Source: a virus
Taxonomy: Duplodnaviria > Caudoviricetes
Direction: 5' to 3' (one strand)
DNA: 64,000 nucleotides
Virus record (IMG/VR): IMGVR_UViG_2687453780_000005
Location: 32,001 to 96,000 of that record
Translations under genes and position numbers: made by a program
Notes under the pieces: generated by a model
What the model saw: the letters and a program-made list of their open reading frames with translations, nothing else
The model's database searches: none
What the model was told of the DNA's origin: nothing
Shown: piece by piece, positions 38,748-48,452 of the stretch
Position numbering within the stretch: the first letter of the stretch is position 1
How the letters are laid out: each line of letters opens with the position of its first letter

Positions 38748-39776
38748 ATGACATATCACGAACAGAATGATATCCAGAATATAAAAAAACTTAGAAGTAT
38801 TATATCCGCTTTGCCAGCTTATTGTGAAGACTTCTTTCGAGGAATCGAGCCGAGAACTTCTTCCAAGACAAGGATTGCTTATGCCGGTTATTTAAGGCTC
38901 TTCTTTGATTATTTAATTAGAAGCAGTAAAGCTACAAATATGGAGTCAATTACTCTTGATGTGTTGGAAAACCTGAAAGTCATTGATTTTGAAAAATATA
39001 TGGAATGGCTAAAATGTTGGAGTGATGATTCAGGGAATGAAAATACAAACGGGGAATATAGCCTAAAGAGCAAAATATCGGCATTAAGAGCATTCTACAA
39101 ATATCTTTATCAGAATGAGAGGATAAAGAATAACGTAGCGTCGCTTGTGCAGCTTCCCAAATTGCATGACAAAGAAATAGTACGTCTTGACAGTGACGAA
39201 ATGAAAGCATTTATCCAGGTTGTAGAAACTGGTGAAGGTTTAGAAGGAAGAGAACGTGCCTTCTTTGAATTGACCCGGAAGCGAGACTTAGCAATAATTA
39301 TGTTGCTGCTCACTACGGGAATCCGTGTTTCAGAATGTGTTGGTTTAGACATCAAAGATGCGGATTTCAAAAAAAGCGGGATTAGAATATACCGGAAGGG
39401 AGGAAAAGAAGAAACCGTATATTTTAGCGATGATGCCAGAGAAGTCTTAGAATCTTATATAGAAGAAAGAAAACAAGCAGAGGCAATCAAAGGGCATGAA
39501 AATGCTCTATTTTTATCTTTGCAGAACAAACGGATATCAACCAGAAGCGTAGAAGATTTAATTCCTAAGTATGCAAGGTTGGCAGGAATCCAGAAGAAGG
39601 TTACTCCTCATACACTACGTAGAAGCTATGGAACGGCCTTATATAACGCCACAGGGGACATTTACCTAGTCGCTGGTACATTGGGCCACGCAGATGTGAA
39701 CACCGCCAAACGGCACTATGTGGCATTAGAAGACGAGAAAAAAAGAGAAAATAGGAACGCTGTTAAACTGAGATAG
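38748..39776 (+). CDS. Tyrosine recombinase (XerC/XerS-like), catalytically intact
   Basis: TGIRVSE (R), RKGGK (K), HTLRR (H-x-x-R), LGHAD (H), HY (Y). Confidence 0.93.
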   Translation: MTYHEQNDIQNIKKLRSIISALPAYCEDFFRGIEPRTSSKTRIAYAGYLRLFFDYLIRSSKATNMESITLDVLENLKVIDFEKYMEWLKCWSDDSGNENTNGEYSLKSKISALRAFYKYLYQNERIKNNVASLVQLPKLHDKEIVRLDSDEMKAFIQVVETGEGLEGRERAFFELTRKRDLAIIMLLLTTGIRVSECVGLDIKDADFKKSGIRIYRKGGKEETVYFSDDAREVLESYIEERKQAEAIKGHENALFLSLQNKRISTRSVEDLIPKYARLAGIQKKVTPHTLRRSYGTALYNATGDIYLVAGTLGHADVNTAKRHYVALEDEKKRENRNAVKLR

Positions 39777-39946
39777 AAGACATGTTAAATGAGAATGGAG
39801 AAAAATAATATGAACAAGAATAATCAGCTGGTATTAGATCCGGGAGATAAGATAATTTGTAATGAAAACGATCCACATGTATGGTATGATAATATGAAAG
39901 AAGCACTTGAAAACGCAGGATTTACACTATCGAAGGAGGTGGCATA

Positions 39947-40192
39947 ATGGCAGGACTTATTGTTATTATTTTAATGGTTGCATATTACAAATATGCAACT
40001 CGTAGGCCGAGATATGGCACTCAAGAGTATCTTGATTGGAAATATAAGAATTATCCAGGCGGTGGCGAGTATATGAAATCATTAGAAAAGAAGAATATGA
40101 CATGCTCATATGGGGATATCCTGATGACACCATCTGAAAAAGCGGCCTATAATAAGCACGAAAAAGAAAATGGAAGACCTGGAATTGAATAA
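39947..40192 (+). CDS. Small protein with N-terminal TM anchor
   Basis: MAGLIVIILMVAYY; GGAGG RBS. Confidence 0.6.
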   Translation: MAGLIVIILMVAYYKYATRRPRYGTQEYLDWKYKNYPGGGEYMKSLEKKNMTCSYGDILMTPSEKAAYNKHEKENGRPGIE

Positions 40193-40271
40193 TCTAAAAT
40201 TGCAAGTAATCCTAGATTTTACTGTGTTGCATGGTTAAAAGGATTGTTTTATTGTAAAAGGAGTAAATATT

Positions 40272-40964
40272 ATGAGCGAATATAAAAAAGAGCAAACAAA
40301 ATTTGGTGAAAAGACAACTCATCCTGCGTACGGTATGTTATCATTTAGCAGAAGAACCGGTAGTAAAACTCCCTTGTTTGGTAGCAGCATAGAACACAGA
40401 GATACGATTGCTATGACGCTTACACATGGAGATATTACCAGAGGTTTAAACTCAGATTGGTATCATGGTAACGAAATTATTGCTGAAGTTGAAATGAGTT
40501 ATTCTCAATTTGCAGAAGCAATCACATCTATGAATATGGGAAGTGGAGTTCCAGTTACTGTACGACGAACTGAAAAAGACGGTAGGATACCAGAATGTGA
40601 TTTTGTAAATAAGAAGGAACAGTTTCAAGATGAATTAAAAGAAAGATTATCAAATGCAACAAAAATGTCTCGCTGTTTGATTAAAGAAGTCCAAACGCTT
40701 TTTGATGAAGAGAAAACGTTGACTAAGTCAGACAAAGCAGAAATTATTAATAAACTCACGAAAGTATCTTCTGAAATTAATGGCAATGTTAATTTTACTT
40801 ACGAGATGTTTAATGAGCAGATGGATAAGACGGTTATGGAAGCTAAAGGTGAGATCGAAGCATTTTATCAGAATAAGATAAATTCGATTGCACAAGCTAC
40901 TTTGGTAGAGCATAAAGATTACTTAGTTGGATTAGAAAATCCGGTTGAAGTTGACTTGAAATGA
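40272..40964 (+). CDS. Conserved phage hypothetical protein
   Basis: HPAYG...LFGSSI...VEMSYSQFAEAITSMNMGSGVPVT. Confidence 0.7.
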   Translation: MSEYKKEQTKFGEKTTHPAYGMLSFSRRTGSKTPLFGSSIEHRDTIAMTLTHGDITRGLNSDWYHGNEIIAEVEMSYSQFAEAITSMNMGSGVPVTVRRTEKDGRIPECDFVNKKEQFQDELKERLSNATKMSRCLIKEVQTLFDEEKTLTKSDKAEIINKLTKVSSEINGNVNFTYEMFNEQMDKTVMEAKGEIEAFYQNKINSIAQATLVEHKDYLVGLENPVEVDLK

Positions 40965-41254
40965 TTATTTGATTGGGGGATAAAGAGTGAAAGATCAGTT
41001 AAGCAGGATCAATAATAAAGTACAAGTAACTGGGAGTCTTGATAGGTTAAGACTAGCTCTTCTGCTTAATGATGTTAAAGAAAACCCAGATAAATATCCG
41101 CGTGATACAAATGATTGGGTAGAGTGGTTAAATAGAAGACAGTTGGGATAGAGTTAATCGAACATATCATTGAATCGGATAAGTTATTAGATGGATTATA
41201 TAAAGATGAAGATCAGTTAAAATAATAGTTTTAAATCTAACGTGGAGGATTTAT

Positions 41255-41695
41255 ATGAGTAACAATATATTTACGAAGCCAGAGCGTCCATTTCTGCTAA
41301 TATATGAAGATGAGGAGCATAATGTAAGTTATTCTTGGCTTGAAACAGTAGAAGAATTACTAGAAGTTGCAAAAGAAATTAGAGGTAGTGATGGAAGAAT
41401 CATAAATTCTATAGAAATTGGAAGTAGTCGAGAGGTTAATAGTGAAGATGTTATCCGAGATGCAGGAAATTTTGTCGAAAATGTTATTTCTACTTATCAA
41501 AGAGCATGTGAGCTGGGATTTGATAGCATTGTGATTGCAATAGATACAGATATCGAAAAAGCATATTATATTAATGATACCGAAAATGGATTCCAGTGCG
41601 ATAATTTTGACTATTACTTTGATGATATAGATTCAATTGCAGAAGAACTGTTTAATGAAATACATGGAAATGTCACAGAGATAAGAATAGAGTAG
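41255..41695 (+). CDS. Acidic hypothetical protein
   Basis: GGAGG RBS; strongly acidic. Confidence 0.65.
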   Translation: MSNNIFTKPERPFLLIYEDEEHNVSYSWLETVEELLEVAKEIRGSDGRIINSIEIGSSREVNSEDVIRDAGNFVENVISTYQRACELGFDSIVIAIDTDIEKAYYINDTENGFQCDNFDYYFDDIDSIAEELFNEIHGNVTEIRIE

Positions 41696-41705
41696 GAGAA
41701 ATGAA

Positions 41706-41924
41706 ATGGCAAGATATAGGGTAGGGGCTTTAGTAAGTTCTATGATTTATGACGAATTTGATGCAGATAATGAAGAACAGGCAAAGGAAATGATGTGTGA
41801 TAAATATGGAGATATGTCTATTACCTTGTGTGCACATTGCTCAACTAAAATTGATGGTTTGTCAGTAAGTGAAAATACTGAAGATTATGAAGTTGAAGAA
41901 ATAAATAAGCAGGATGAAATTTGA
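41706..41924 (+). CDS. Small acidic hypothetical protein
   Basis: AGGAG RBS; CxxC. Confidence 0.6.
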   Translation: MARYRVGALVSSMIYDEFDADNEEQAKEMMCDKYGDMSITLCAHCSTKIDGLSVSENTEDYEVEEINKQDEI

Positions 41925-41942
41925 GTTTGAATTAGAAAGGTT

Positions 41943-42158
41943 GTGATTTATTTGCAAGAACAATATAGACTTGTTAAAGACTTAAATACAGAAGATACAT
42001 GGGAATTTGATAAAGGAAATGCCACTCTTAAAAAAGGACTCATGTGTTATTTAGACACTTGGGAAAGATGTCCGACTATTATGTATGATGGAAAGGCTAT
42101 TTGTGATTTTGATAGTAAGATGGCTAACGAATGTTTTGAAAAGGTTAATGAAATCTAA
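41943..42158 (+). CDS. Hypothetical protein
   Basis: GAAAGG RBS; flanked by junction sites. Confidence 0.6.
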   Translation: MIYLQEQYRLVKDLNTEDTWEFDKGNATLKKGLMCYLDTWERCPTIMYDGKAICDFDSKMANECFEKVNEI

Positions 42159-42183
42159 GATTCATATGGAGAAGGGGCATAAT

Positions 42184-42534
42184 ATGTACATAATTAAAGA
42201 TAGCAACGACAGGTATTTTGTACAGTGGATTGGTAGCATACCGGTTTTTAATGGGGATATATCTTCTGCAAAAGTACTTAATGAGAAAGATGCAAATAAG
42301 GCAATAAGATCGTTGAAAATGATAATTAAAGGTAATTACGAAAAAATATTGTGCGATGAGGAATTTATAAAAAGGATGAATAGGGATAATCCTGAGTGGT
42401 ATCGTCAACAGATAGAAGAATTACTGAAGCAATATGAACAGAAATCAAAAGACACCTATAATTCCAATGGAGGAGCGTATTTGATATACAAACAAATTAT
42501 TGACGATTTGGAAACGGTTTTATATAGTAATTAG
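42184..42534 (+). CDS. Hypothetical protein
   Basis: AAGGGG RBS before MYIIK. Confidence 0.6.
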   Translation: MYIIKDSNDRYFVQWIGSIPVFNGDISSAKVLNEKDANKAIRSLKMIIKGNYEKILCDEEFIKRMNRDNPEWYRQQIEELLKQYEQKSKDTYNSNGGAYLIYKQIIDDLETVLYSN

Positions 42535-42590
42535 GACTTTGGAGGTGAATGGTATCTCGTAGTAAGGGTCATAGTAAAGTTTTTACAAAT

Positions 42591-42659
42591 AAATAAAGAA
42601 AACTGTTGACATGGTGTGAAATTAGTGATATAGTTACGTCAGATGGAAATAAAGAAAAC
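42591..42659 (+). promoter_or_regulatory. sigmaA promoter bracketed by two AAATAAAGAAAAC boxes
   Basis: Box 42591-603, TTGACA 42606-17 bp-TATAGT 42629, box 42647-59. Confidence 0.85.
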
Positions 42660-42698
42660 CAAAAAAACAGATTGGTATGAAAAGGAGGATATGTATAA

Positions 42699-43250
42699 GT
42701 GTCAACAGTAAAAGTGATTGGAAATAATGTGTGTTTATTAAATAATGATAGGGTGGTTCACAGCAGGAGCATAGCGGAAACTATATATTGCGGAGAGGTG
42801 AGATATGCATATCTTCCCAAAATGCCTACTGTTGAGGGATTAAAGTTCCACATTCAAGAGAAAGCAAGACCTGTTTTGATCGTATCAAACAACGCTAACA
42901 ATAGAGCCACCAACGGTAACGTCCAAGTTATTCCGTTTACATCAAAAGACAAGACCAGTTTGCCAACTCATTTATCATTCAAGGCAGGAGAATTTGGGCT
43001 TGCAGAAGATTCAATTTTGATGGCCGAGTGTGAGACGCAGATTCCAGCAATGTTTGTTTTTGAAAAAATCGGCGAAGTAAATGATAATAAAATTATTGAA
43101 GATATCGTCCAAACGATAATTATTCAGCATGGCTTGTTTGCAAAACTTATGAAAAAGAGATATAATAAGTCGAATGTGAACCGATCAGTGTCTGATTATA
43201 AGGTTATCGAAGGGAGAAAACATAATGACTTCGAAAGAAATATTGGATAA
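42699..43250 (+). CDS. MazF/PemK family endoribonuclease
   Basis: QEKARPVLIVSNNANN...VQVIPFTSK...LPTH...DSILMAE. Confidence 0.85.
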   Translation: MSTVKVIGNNVCLLNNDRVVHSRSIAETIYCGEVRYAYLPKMPTVEGLKFHIQEKARPVLIVSNNANNRATNGNVQVIPFTSKDKTSLPTHLSFKAGEFGLAEDSILMAECETQIPAMFVFEKIGEVNDNKIIEDIVQTIIIQHGLFAKLMKKRYNKSNVNRSVSDYKVIEGRKHNDFERNIG

Positions 43251-44184
43251 TTTTTCGAAAATAGACTCAAAATCTACAGCAGCAGCAAAATACATCAATG
43301 GACAGAATCCTTTTCAATATGAGGAAGAGTTTGGAGCAGACTTTATTCACTTTACTGATAAGATGATATCAGATATGTTGCTTGAAAAGAAGAGGTATTA
43401 TAGATTATTCTATTTATCGAAAGCAATAACATATTACCGTCAATTCTACGACTACTGTAGGAGTTGTGGATATATTAATAATAATCCTGTAAGCGATAAT
43501 TCCATATATTTTACTTATTCATATATGTTGCAAAAAATTGTTAAACTCGGAAACGTAGAATTATATTCAAGAAATTATATTACAAGTAAATGCAACGGGT
43601 TTGACGAAAATACTCCATATTACAAATCAATTGCACTGTCCATCTATGAAGGTGTTAAAGACTTTAACTCTCTATCTAAAATCAAGTACAGCGATATTGA
43701 TTTTGAAAAAGGTATTATTAAAGTAGCCGATGATCATATAAAAATATCAGAAGAATTGCTTCAGACATATAAAGATATGTATGATATGAATTCCTTTAAG
43801 AATATGTCAAGACAAGAATACTTTTTATTTGATGATTCTATTGATTCTTTAATAAGGCAGTTTCAGAAAAGAGGAGAAGGAAAATCAAGTAATGACTTGG
43901 TTAGATTTGCAAGATTTATGAGTTTAAAAATTGTCGAAACAGGCTTAGACTGTAATTTCATTTATGATTCTGGATTGATATTTAGGTTATCAGAAATTCT
44001 TGGAAAAGAAAGATTATTAGAAATTCTTGAATATGATAGTGGCTTAAGTAAAAAAGAAAAAATAGAAAATAATAAGGCTATGCAAGCTGCCCTTATAAAA
44101 GCAGGAAGCAATCTTCTGTGCAAAAACTTCTTGTTTGACTATAGAGTATATGGCGTTTGTTTGAAAAATAATTTAATAAAGTAA
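43225..44184 (+). CDS. Degenerate tyrosine-recombinase-fold protein, MrpR/YopR-like repressor
   Basis: ALSIYEGVK..SLSKIKYSDIDF box-I remnant lacking catalytic Arg; IYDSG in place of HxxR; 319 aa. Confidence 0.65.
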   Translation: MTSKEILDNFSKIDSKSTAAAKYINGQNPFQYEEEFGADFIHFTDKMISDMLLEKKRYYRLFYLSKAITYYRQFYDYCRSCGYINNNPVSDNSIYFTYSYMLQKIVKLGNVELYSRNYITSKCNGFDENTPYYKSIALSIYEGVKDFNSLSKIKYSDIDFEKGIIKVADDHIKISEELLQTYKDMYDMNSFKNMSRQEYFLFDDSIDSLIRQFQKRGEGKSSNDLVRFARFMSLKIVETGLDCNFIYDSGLIFRLSEILGKERLLEILEYDSGLSKKEKIENNKAMQAALIKAGSNLLCKNFLFDYRVYGVCLKNNLIK

Positions 44185-44265
44185 TCCTTGAGTCTAAACG
44201 TCTATTAATGGCGTTTAAATTCAAGGGATTGAAATAAATAAAGAAAACCATAATGGAGGAATATA

Positions 44266-44592
44266 ATGGCTGAAATCGTTGAAGAGATTTTAAACAATCA
44301 ATCAAGAGGTTGTATAATTAGTATATTTACACCAACCGATAGCGATAAATACTATATGAGAAAATATTGTGCATCAATTGACTGTAATGGTATGCATTTA
44401 ATATTAAAAGATGATAAAAATAATGATTTAAGTATTAGCATTTCTATCGGCAATATTAAACTTCTGAATAAAGAGGAACTTTTTGAAAATTCAATATTAC
44501 TGGATTTTTTGACGGAAGATAATATTAGATATGAAATGTACATAGCCGATTCATTTTACTCATCGGACATGCGGATCAAGCGCCATAATTAA
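44266..44592 (+). CDS. Hypothetical protein (paralog pair member 1)
   Basis: Preceded by AAATAAAGAAAAC box at 44236. Confidence 0.6.
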   Translation: MAEIVEEILNNQSRGCIISIFTPTDSDKYYMRKYCASIDCNGMHLILKDDKNNDLSISISIGNIKLLNKEELFENSILLDFLTEDNIRYEMYIADSFYSSDMRIKRHN

Positions 44593-44648
44593 TGGTGTAT
44601 TTTTTAATAGCATACACGAAAATAAAGAAAACCAAAAGCGAGGGTTAA

Positions 44649-44972
44649 ATGATTTCTTTCAAAGAACTAATAATGTCAAATCAATTAAAGGACATAGTTA
44701 TTCATGTGGATTATATGTCAGGTGAATGTGTGGAAGTTGATATAAAAAAATATAAGCTTTTTAAATGCGAAGAACCAGGACAAGCACTGGTGGTGGGCGA
44801 TACACCGATTCCATCAATTAGAATATTTACAGATAATGTGGAGCTGTTGAGTAAGGAAGAAATGCTGGGAAAAGTAATTGCAATAGAAGCCAGGCACAAA
44901 GATACATATTATAACTTTTACATACATAGTGGGCTTGACTTTACGAAAACAACAATTGAAGATGTTGCTTGA
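44649..44972 (+). CDS. Hypothetical protein (paralog pair member 2)
   Basis: Preceded by AAATAAAGAAAAC box at 44620. Confidence 0.6.
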   Translation: MISFKELIMSNQLKDIVIHVDYMSGECVEVDIKKYKLFKCEEPGQALVVGDTPIPSIRIFTDNVELLSKEEMLGKVIAIEARHKDTYYNFYIHSGLDFTKTTIEDVA

Positions 44973-45053
44973 AAATGCGTATTTGCTAGTGAGATATAGC
45001 AATTAAAAACAGAATCTTATTTGAAATAAAAATCTAAATAGAGAAAGGATATT

Positions 45054-45293
45054 ATGGAGAAAAAGTTAATGTGCATTGATGCACTTGGAAGCAATACACC
45101 GGATGATTTGATTCCGATAGTAGAGAAATATCACAAAAAATTAAATGAGTTTACAGATGAGTTTGTAGACGATTGTATTAAGGAGAATATTGAATATTGT
45201 TCTGCCTTTGGCTTTCTGTTTTCTCACTTAGATCATCTGTTAGCTATGAAGTATGCCAAAAGAAATTATGAAATAAAAAAGGGGAATGTATGA
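45054..45293 (+). CDS. Hypothetical protein
   Basis: ORF track, RBS present. Confidence 0.6.
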   Translation: MEKKLMCIDALGSNTPDDLIPIVEKYHKKLNEFTDEFVDDCIKENIEYCSAFGFLFSHLDHLLAMKYAKRNYEIKKGNV

Positions 45294-45607
45294 ACGCAGA
45301 AGAATACATGAAGCAATATGAACCCAATGCATATATTAGATATCTGAATTATCGCAGAAAAGATAATATTCCTAAACCTGGCACCATTATAAAAACACTG
45401 AAGGGCGGATTCGGCTCTTTATATGAAGGAAGAATATTTGTAATATATGAAATAAATGAACGGTACATAGTTCTTGTCTCTCCTAATTGGGAAGACGAAC
45501 TTGATGATTGGGACATTGAAGCTGGGATTAATGAACCACAAGATTGCTACTTGTCTGACATAAATGAGTGGTGGGAAGAACTTGAAATTTTATCTGAGAA
45601 GAACTGA
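45290..45607 (+). CDS. Hypothetical protein
   Basis: ATGA coupling to upstream gene. Confidence 0.6.
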   Translation: MNAEEYMKQYEPNAYIRYLNYRRKDNIPKPGTIIKTLKGGFGSLYEGRIFVIYEINERYIVLVSPNWEDELDDWDIEAGINEPQDCYLSDINEWWEELEILSEKN

Positions 45608-45643
45608 TGAGTTGAACCTTTTAATGAGAGATGGGAGAAAATA

Positions 45644-45940
45644 ATGGGATATTACGGTAATAATGTAGAGCCAGAAAAGAAAATAGTAAAGATCAAGGTT
45701 GAATTTGAAGCCATACCAATTAGACATATGGCTGTGCAATGCTCAGACTGCAAAAATTGGTTTCATGGGAATGATATTTACAAAGATGGCTGTAGCTATA
45801 AGCATGATATTTTTTGGAACGAATGTGAATGTCCAAAATGCGGAAACCGTTTTATAGTATCAGAGAACAGCGATTTAGGTAGCGCTAATTTTCCTGAGTT
45901 TTATAAAGAATGTCTTCAGAAGAAGGAGGTTTGGGAATGA
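45644..45940 (+). CDS. Zn-ribbon protein
   Basis: CxxC...CPxC. Confidence 0.65.
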   Translation: MGYYGNNVEPEKKIVKIKVEFEAIPIRHMAVQCSDCKNWFHGNDIYKDGCSYKHDIFWNECECPKCGNRFIVSENSDLGSANFPEFYKECLQKKEVWE

Positions 45941-46179
45941 CTTTAGAAAAAGTGAACGAACTGATGGTGCTTTGTGAATTAGAACAGTCAATCTTATGTT
46001 TGGGAAAAATTGAAGAGGCGAAAGAAGGCTACTTTGCTGATGAAATTGAAAATCCTCGGCTAGAAAGGTTCTATCAGCTACAAAACAAATACCATTATGG
46101 TTGGTACATAGCTCGTGACGATATAGATGAACAGATAGTTCAAATCAATAAGTTTAAGGAGTATATTCTTAAACAATAA
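45937..46179 (+). CDS. Hypothetical protein
   Basis: GGAGG RBS, ATGA coupling. Confidence 0.6.
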   Translation: MTLEKVNELMVLCELEQSILCLGKIEEAKEGYFADEIENPRLERFYQLQNKYHYGWYIARDDIDEQIVQINKFKEYILKQ

Positions 46180-46225
46180 TTGCGAACAAACTCGTGTTTG
46201 ATAGTAAATGAAAGGAAGGCTTAAA

Positions 46226-46516
46226 ATGAAAAAGGAATATGAAACCGAGCAATTTATAAAAGGGGCAATTGCCATAAGAGTAGTGTCCGATGAACAATCG
46301 AGATTTTTAATAAAACTCTCAGTAGAGAATGGTTTTGAAAACGGCGATAGTAATGATTACATTACTGAGGACACCTATAAAAGATATCCATATTATTACA
46401 TAGAAGATGACTATCAATTACAGGCATCGCAGTATAAAGAAACCGCCATAGAGGAGTGTGGTGAAGTAATGGAATTTGAAACTTGGTTTGGGCAGATTTT
46501 GGACAAGGATAAGTAG
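46226..46516 (+). CDS. Acidic hypothetical protein
   Basis: GGAAGG RBS. Confidence 0.6.
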   Translation: MKKEYETEQFIKGAIAIRVVSDEQSRFLIKLSVENGFENGDSNDYITEDTYKRYPYYYIEDDYQLQASQYKETAIEECGEVMEFETWFGQILDKDK

Positions 46517-46545
46517 ATAAAATCTTTGTTTGGTGAGGAGGTATA

Positions 46546-46781
46546 ATGCTTATAGAAAAGCGAATTTGTGATATATGTAAGAAAAATGATCAAGTAGAAG
46601 TTTTAAAATAAAACAGAGCCTTAAGGGTCACTATGAAAGGACTGGATATGGAGGGCGATGGAATCCATTATCTTGGACATCATATGAAACTATTGATATC
46701 TGCGGAGACTGCGCCGAGAAAATACTTGGATTGTCGTACAGGGATAGTAATGGCTATGGCAAAAGCCCTGGGTTAAAATAG
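46546..46781 (+). pseudogene. Frameshifted Zn-ribbon gene
   Basis: MLIEKRICDICKKND stops early; another frame continues SRSFKIK...IDICGDCAEKILG, giving CxxC...CxxC if one base is restored near 46590. Confidence 0.55.
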
Positions 46782-47014
46782 GAGGTAAGCATGAATATAT
46801 ATTTAAAGTTGATTAAGCCAATTTTGGGATTGGATTGTAATAATTTTGAGTTTAGAGATGTTGATTCAATTTCAAATGACACGCATTTGGAAATTATAGA
46901 TAAAGCAAGTATGCAGCTTGAATTTAAATGTAGGTTGGATAATATTGATAGTCTTGTAAAGGAAGAATAATTTACTATAGAAGGATAATTTTATAAAAAG
47001 ATGGAGGAATATGA

Positions 47015-47494
47015 ATGGGGAGTTTTAGTTGGTTAAAAGCAGACAATTTAACTAAAGTGGCGAATGTATTAGAAGGAAAGCCTTTCAAGTTTTTGATTCC
47101 AAAAGAGTTTGGTGGAGGTTTTATTAAAGATTATTACCAGGATTATGGTTATCTGGGTTCTAAGAAAGACGGTAAACCAAAATATGATATGTATGAGGTA
47201 TTGGCATTTTGGAATAGTGTGAGAAATGTTCCATTTGGGAAATTATCAATTAAAAAAGAATTAAAATATGACGAAGAATTTCCGTTAATGAAAGAAATAG
47301 ACCAATATACGGGCGATAATAGGCACTTAGGAATTGACATTGGTTGCCATAAGGAAGAAATTGATAAATTAAAATATCCTCTTAAATTAGTTTCGGCCTC
47401 ATATAGTGGCACATATGAAGAATGTGAAGGTAGGAGTTACGGAGATCCTAATCAGGGGTGGGCACCAGTGTACAGAAAAGAAGAGGTTGTTTAA
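47015..47494 (+). CDS. Conserved phage hypothetical protein
   Basis: MGSFSWL...YQDYG...YPLKLV...DPNQG. Confidence 0.7.
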   Translation: MGSFSWLKADNLTKVANVLEGKPFKFLIPKEFGGGFIKDYYQDYGYLGSKKDGKPKYDMYEVLAFWNSVRNVPFGKLSIKKELKYDEEFPLMKEIDQYTGDNRHLGIDIGCHKEEIDKLKYPLKLVSASYSGTYEECEGRSYGDPNQGWAPVYRKEEVV

Positions 47495-47764
47495 GTGAAG
47501 AGATTGACAAGAAGAAGTAACGTTGGAGAAGGGCTTCCTGCAAGTCACTTGAATTTAATGGTTATGGACACTACAAGTCAAGATACACTCACAGAAATTC
47601 TGGAATTATTAGCGGCCTATGAAGATACTGGATTATCACCAGAAGAGATAGAAACTGCTAAGAGTGCGGCGAAGCTGTTTTATAAGGATTTTCCTAAAAA
47701 TGTTGGGAAAGCAACTGATATGTTACCGACAGCACTTTTCAATGCTGATCTAAAAACTGATTAA
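47495..47764 (+). CDS. Phage hypothetical protein
   Basis: MKRLT...LAAYEDTGLSPEEI motif. Confidence 0.65.
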   Translation: MKRLTRRSNVGEGLPASHLNLMVMDTTSQDTLTEILELLAAYEDTGLSPEEIETAKSAAKLFYKDFPKNVGKATDMLPTALFNADLKTD

Positions 47765-47796
47765 AGGTGCATTTGATGAGGAATGGAGGCAGGTAA

Positions 47797-48006
47797 GTGA
47801 AAAGAGAAAACTATGACATAAAACAGGGGGCTAAAATAAATACTATAAAATTTGAAGGTCTGATTGCTCTTATAAAGGAAATAAATGATTCGGAGAACGT
47901 AGATGTCGTACATGTGATAAATTCTTTGCCTACAGAATTGGGAAGGAATCTTGCGAGATATATACTTGTGAAAATGAGAAATATGGATAGAATCGGAATT
48001 CTCTAA
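47797..48006 (+). CDS. Hypothetical protein
   Basis: ORF track, RBS present. Confidence 0.55.
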   Translation: MKRENYDIKQGAKINTIKFEGLIALIKEINDSENVDVVHVINSLPTELGRNLARYILVKMRNMDRIGIL

Positions 48007-48017
48007 AGAAAGGAGAG

Positions 48018-48452
48018 TTGTTAATGGACGTTGTAGTTCAGTCAGATTATCAGGACATATATAGAATTACTGGCGGTGTCTTACTTGTGGTAAATAAGTT
48101 TAAACAGATGGAGATAGATGGAGTAAAATATCCAAGGGTGGACTACTGTAGAAGGAATAACTCAAGATTATATAAACAAGGCTGCCAGAATCATTTAAAG
48201 ATGTTGACAAAAGAATACGTAAAAGAGAAATCCTGTTTCGGGCCAGCATGGAGTGTACCATCAGGAACAGTATGTTATTGCGACATACCAGTTGAAATTG
48301 CTTCAAAAGATGAATGGGAGTATCAGATCAAGACAAGTGGAGAGTCGTTTTCTGGAAGAGATGAAAATATGATTGAATTTTTGAGGGAGATTGAATTGAT
48401 AATTAAAAAGACAGGTGAAGGAAGTTTGGTCGCCAACTCCACCTGTCAGTAA
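48018..48452 (+). CDS. Hypothetical protein
   Basis: AAGGAG RBS. Confidence 0.6.
   Translation: MLMDVVVQSDYQDIYRITGGVLLVVNKFKQMEIDGVKYPRVDYCRRNNSRLYKQGCQNHLKMLTKEYVKEKSCFGPAWSVPSGTVCYCDIPVEIASKDEWEYQIKTSGESFSGRDENMIEFLREIELIIKKTGEGSLVANSTCQ

Noticed and set aside
38748-39776. Prophage integrase marking an att boundary
   Set aside because: Phage-type genes continue on both sides and no host genes or att-like junction are visible
42591-44972. Arbitrium (aimR/aimP) system
   Set aside because: No TPR receptor or signal-peptide precursor recognisable in the window
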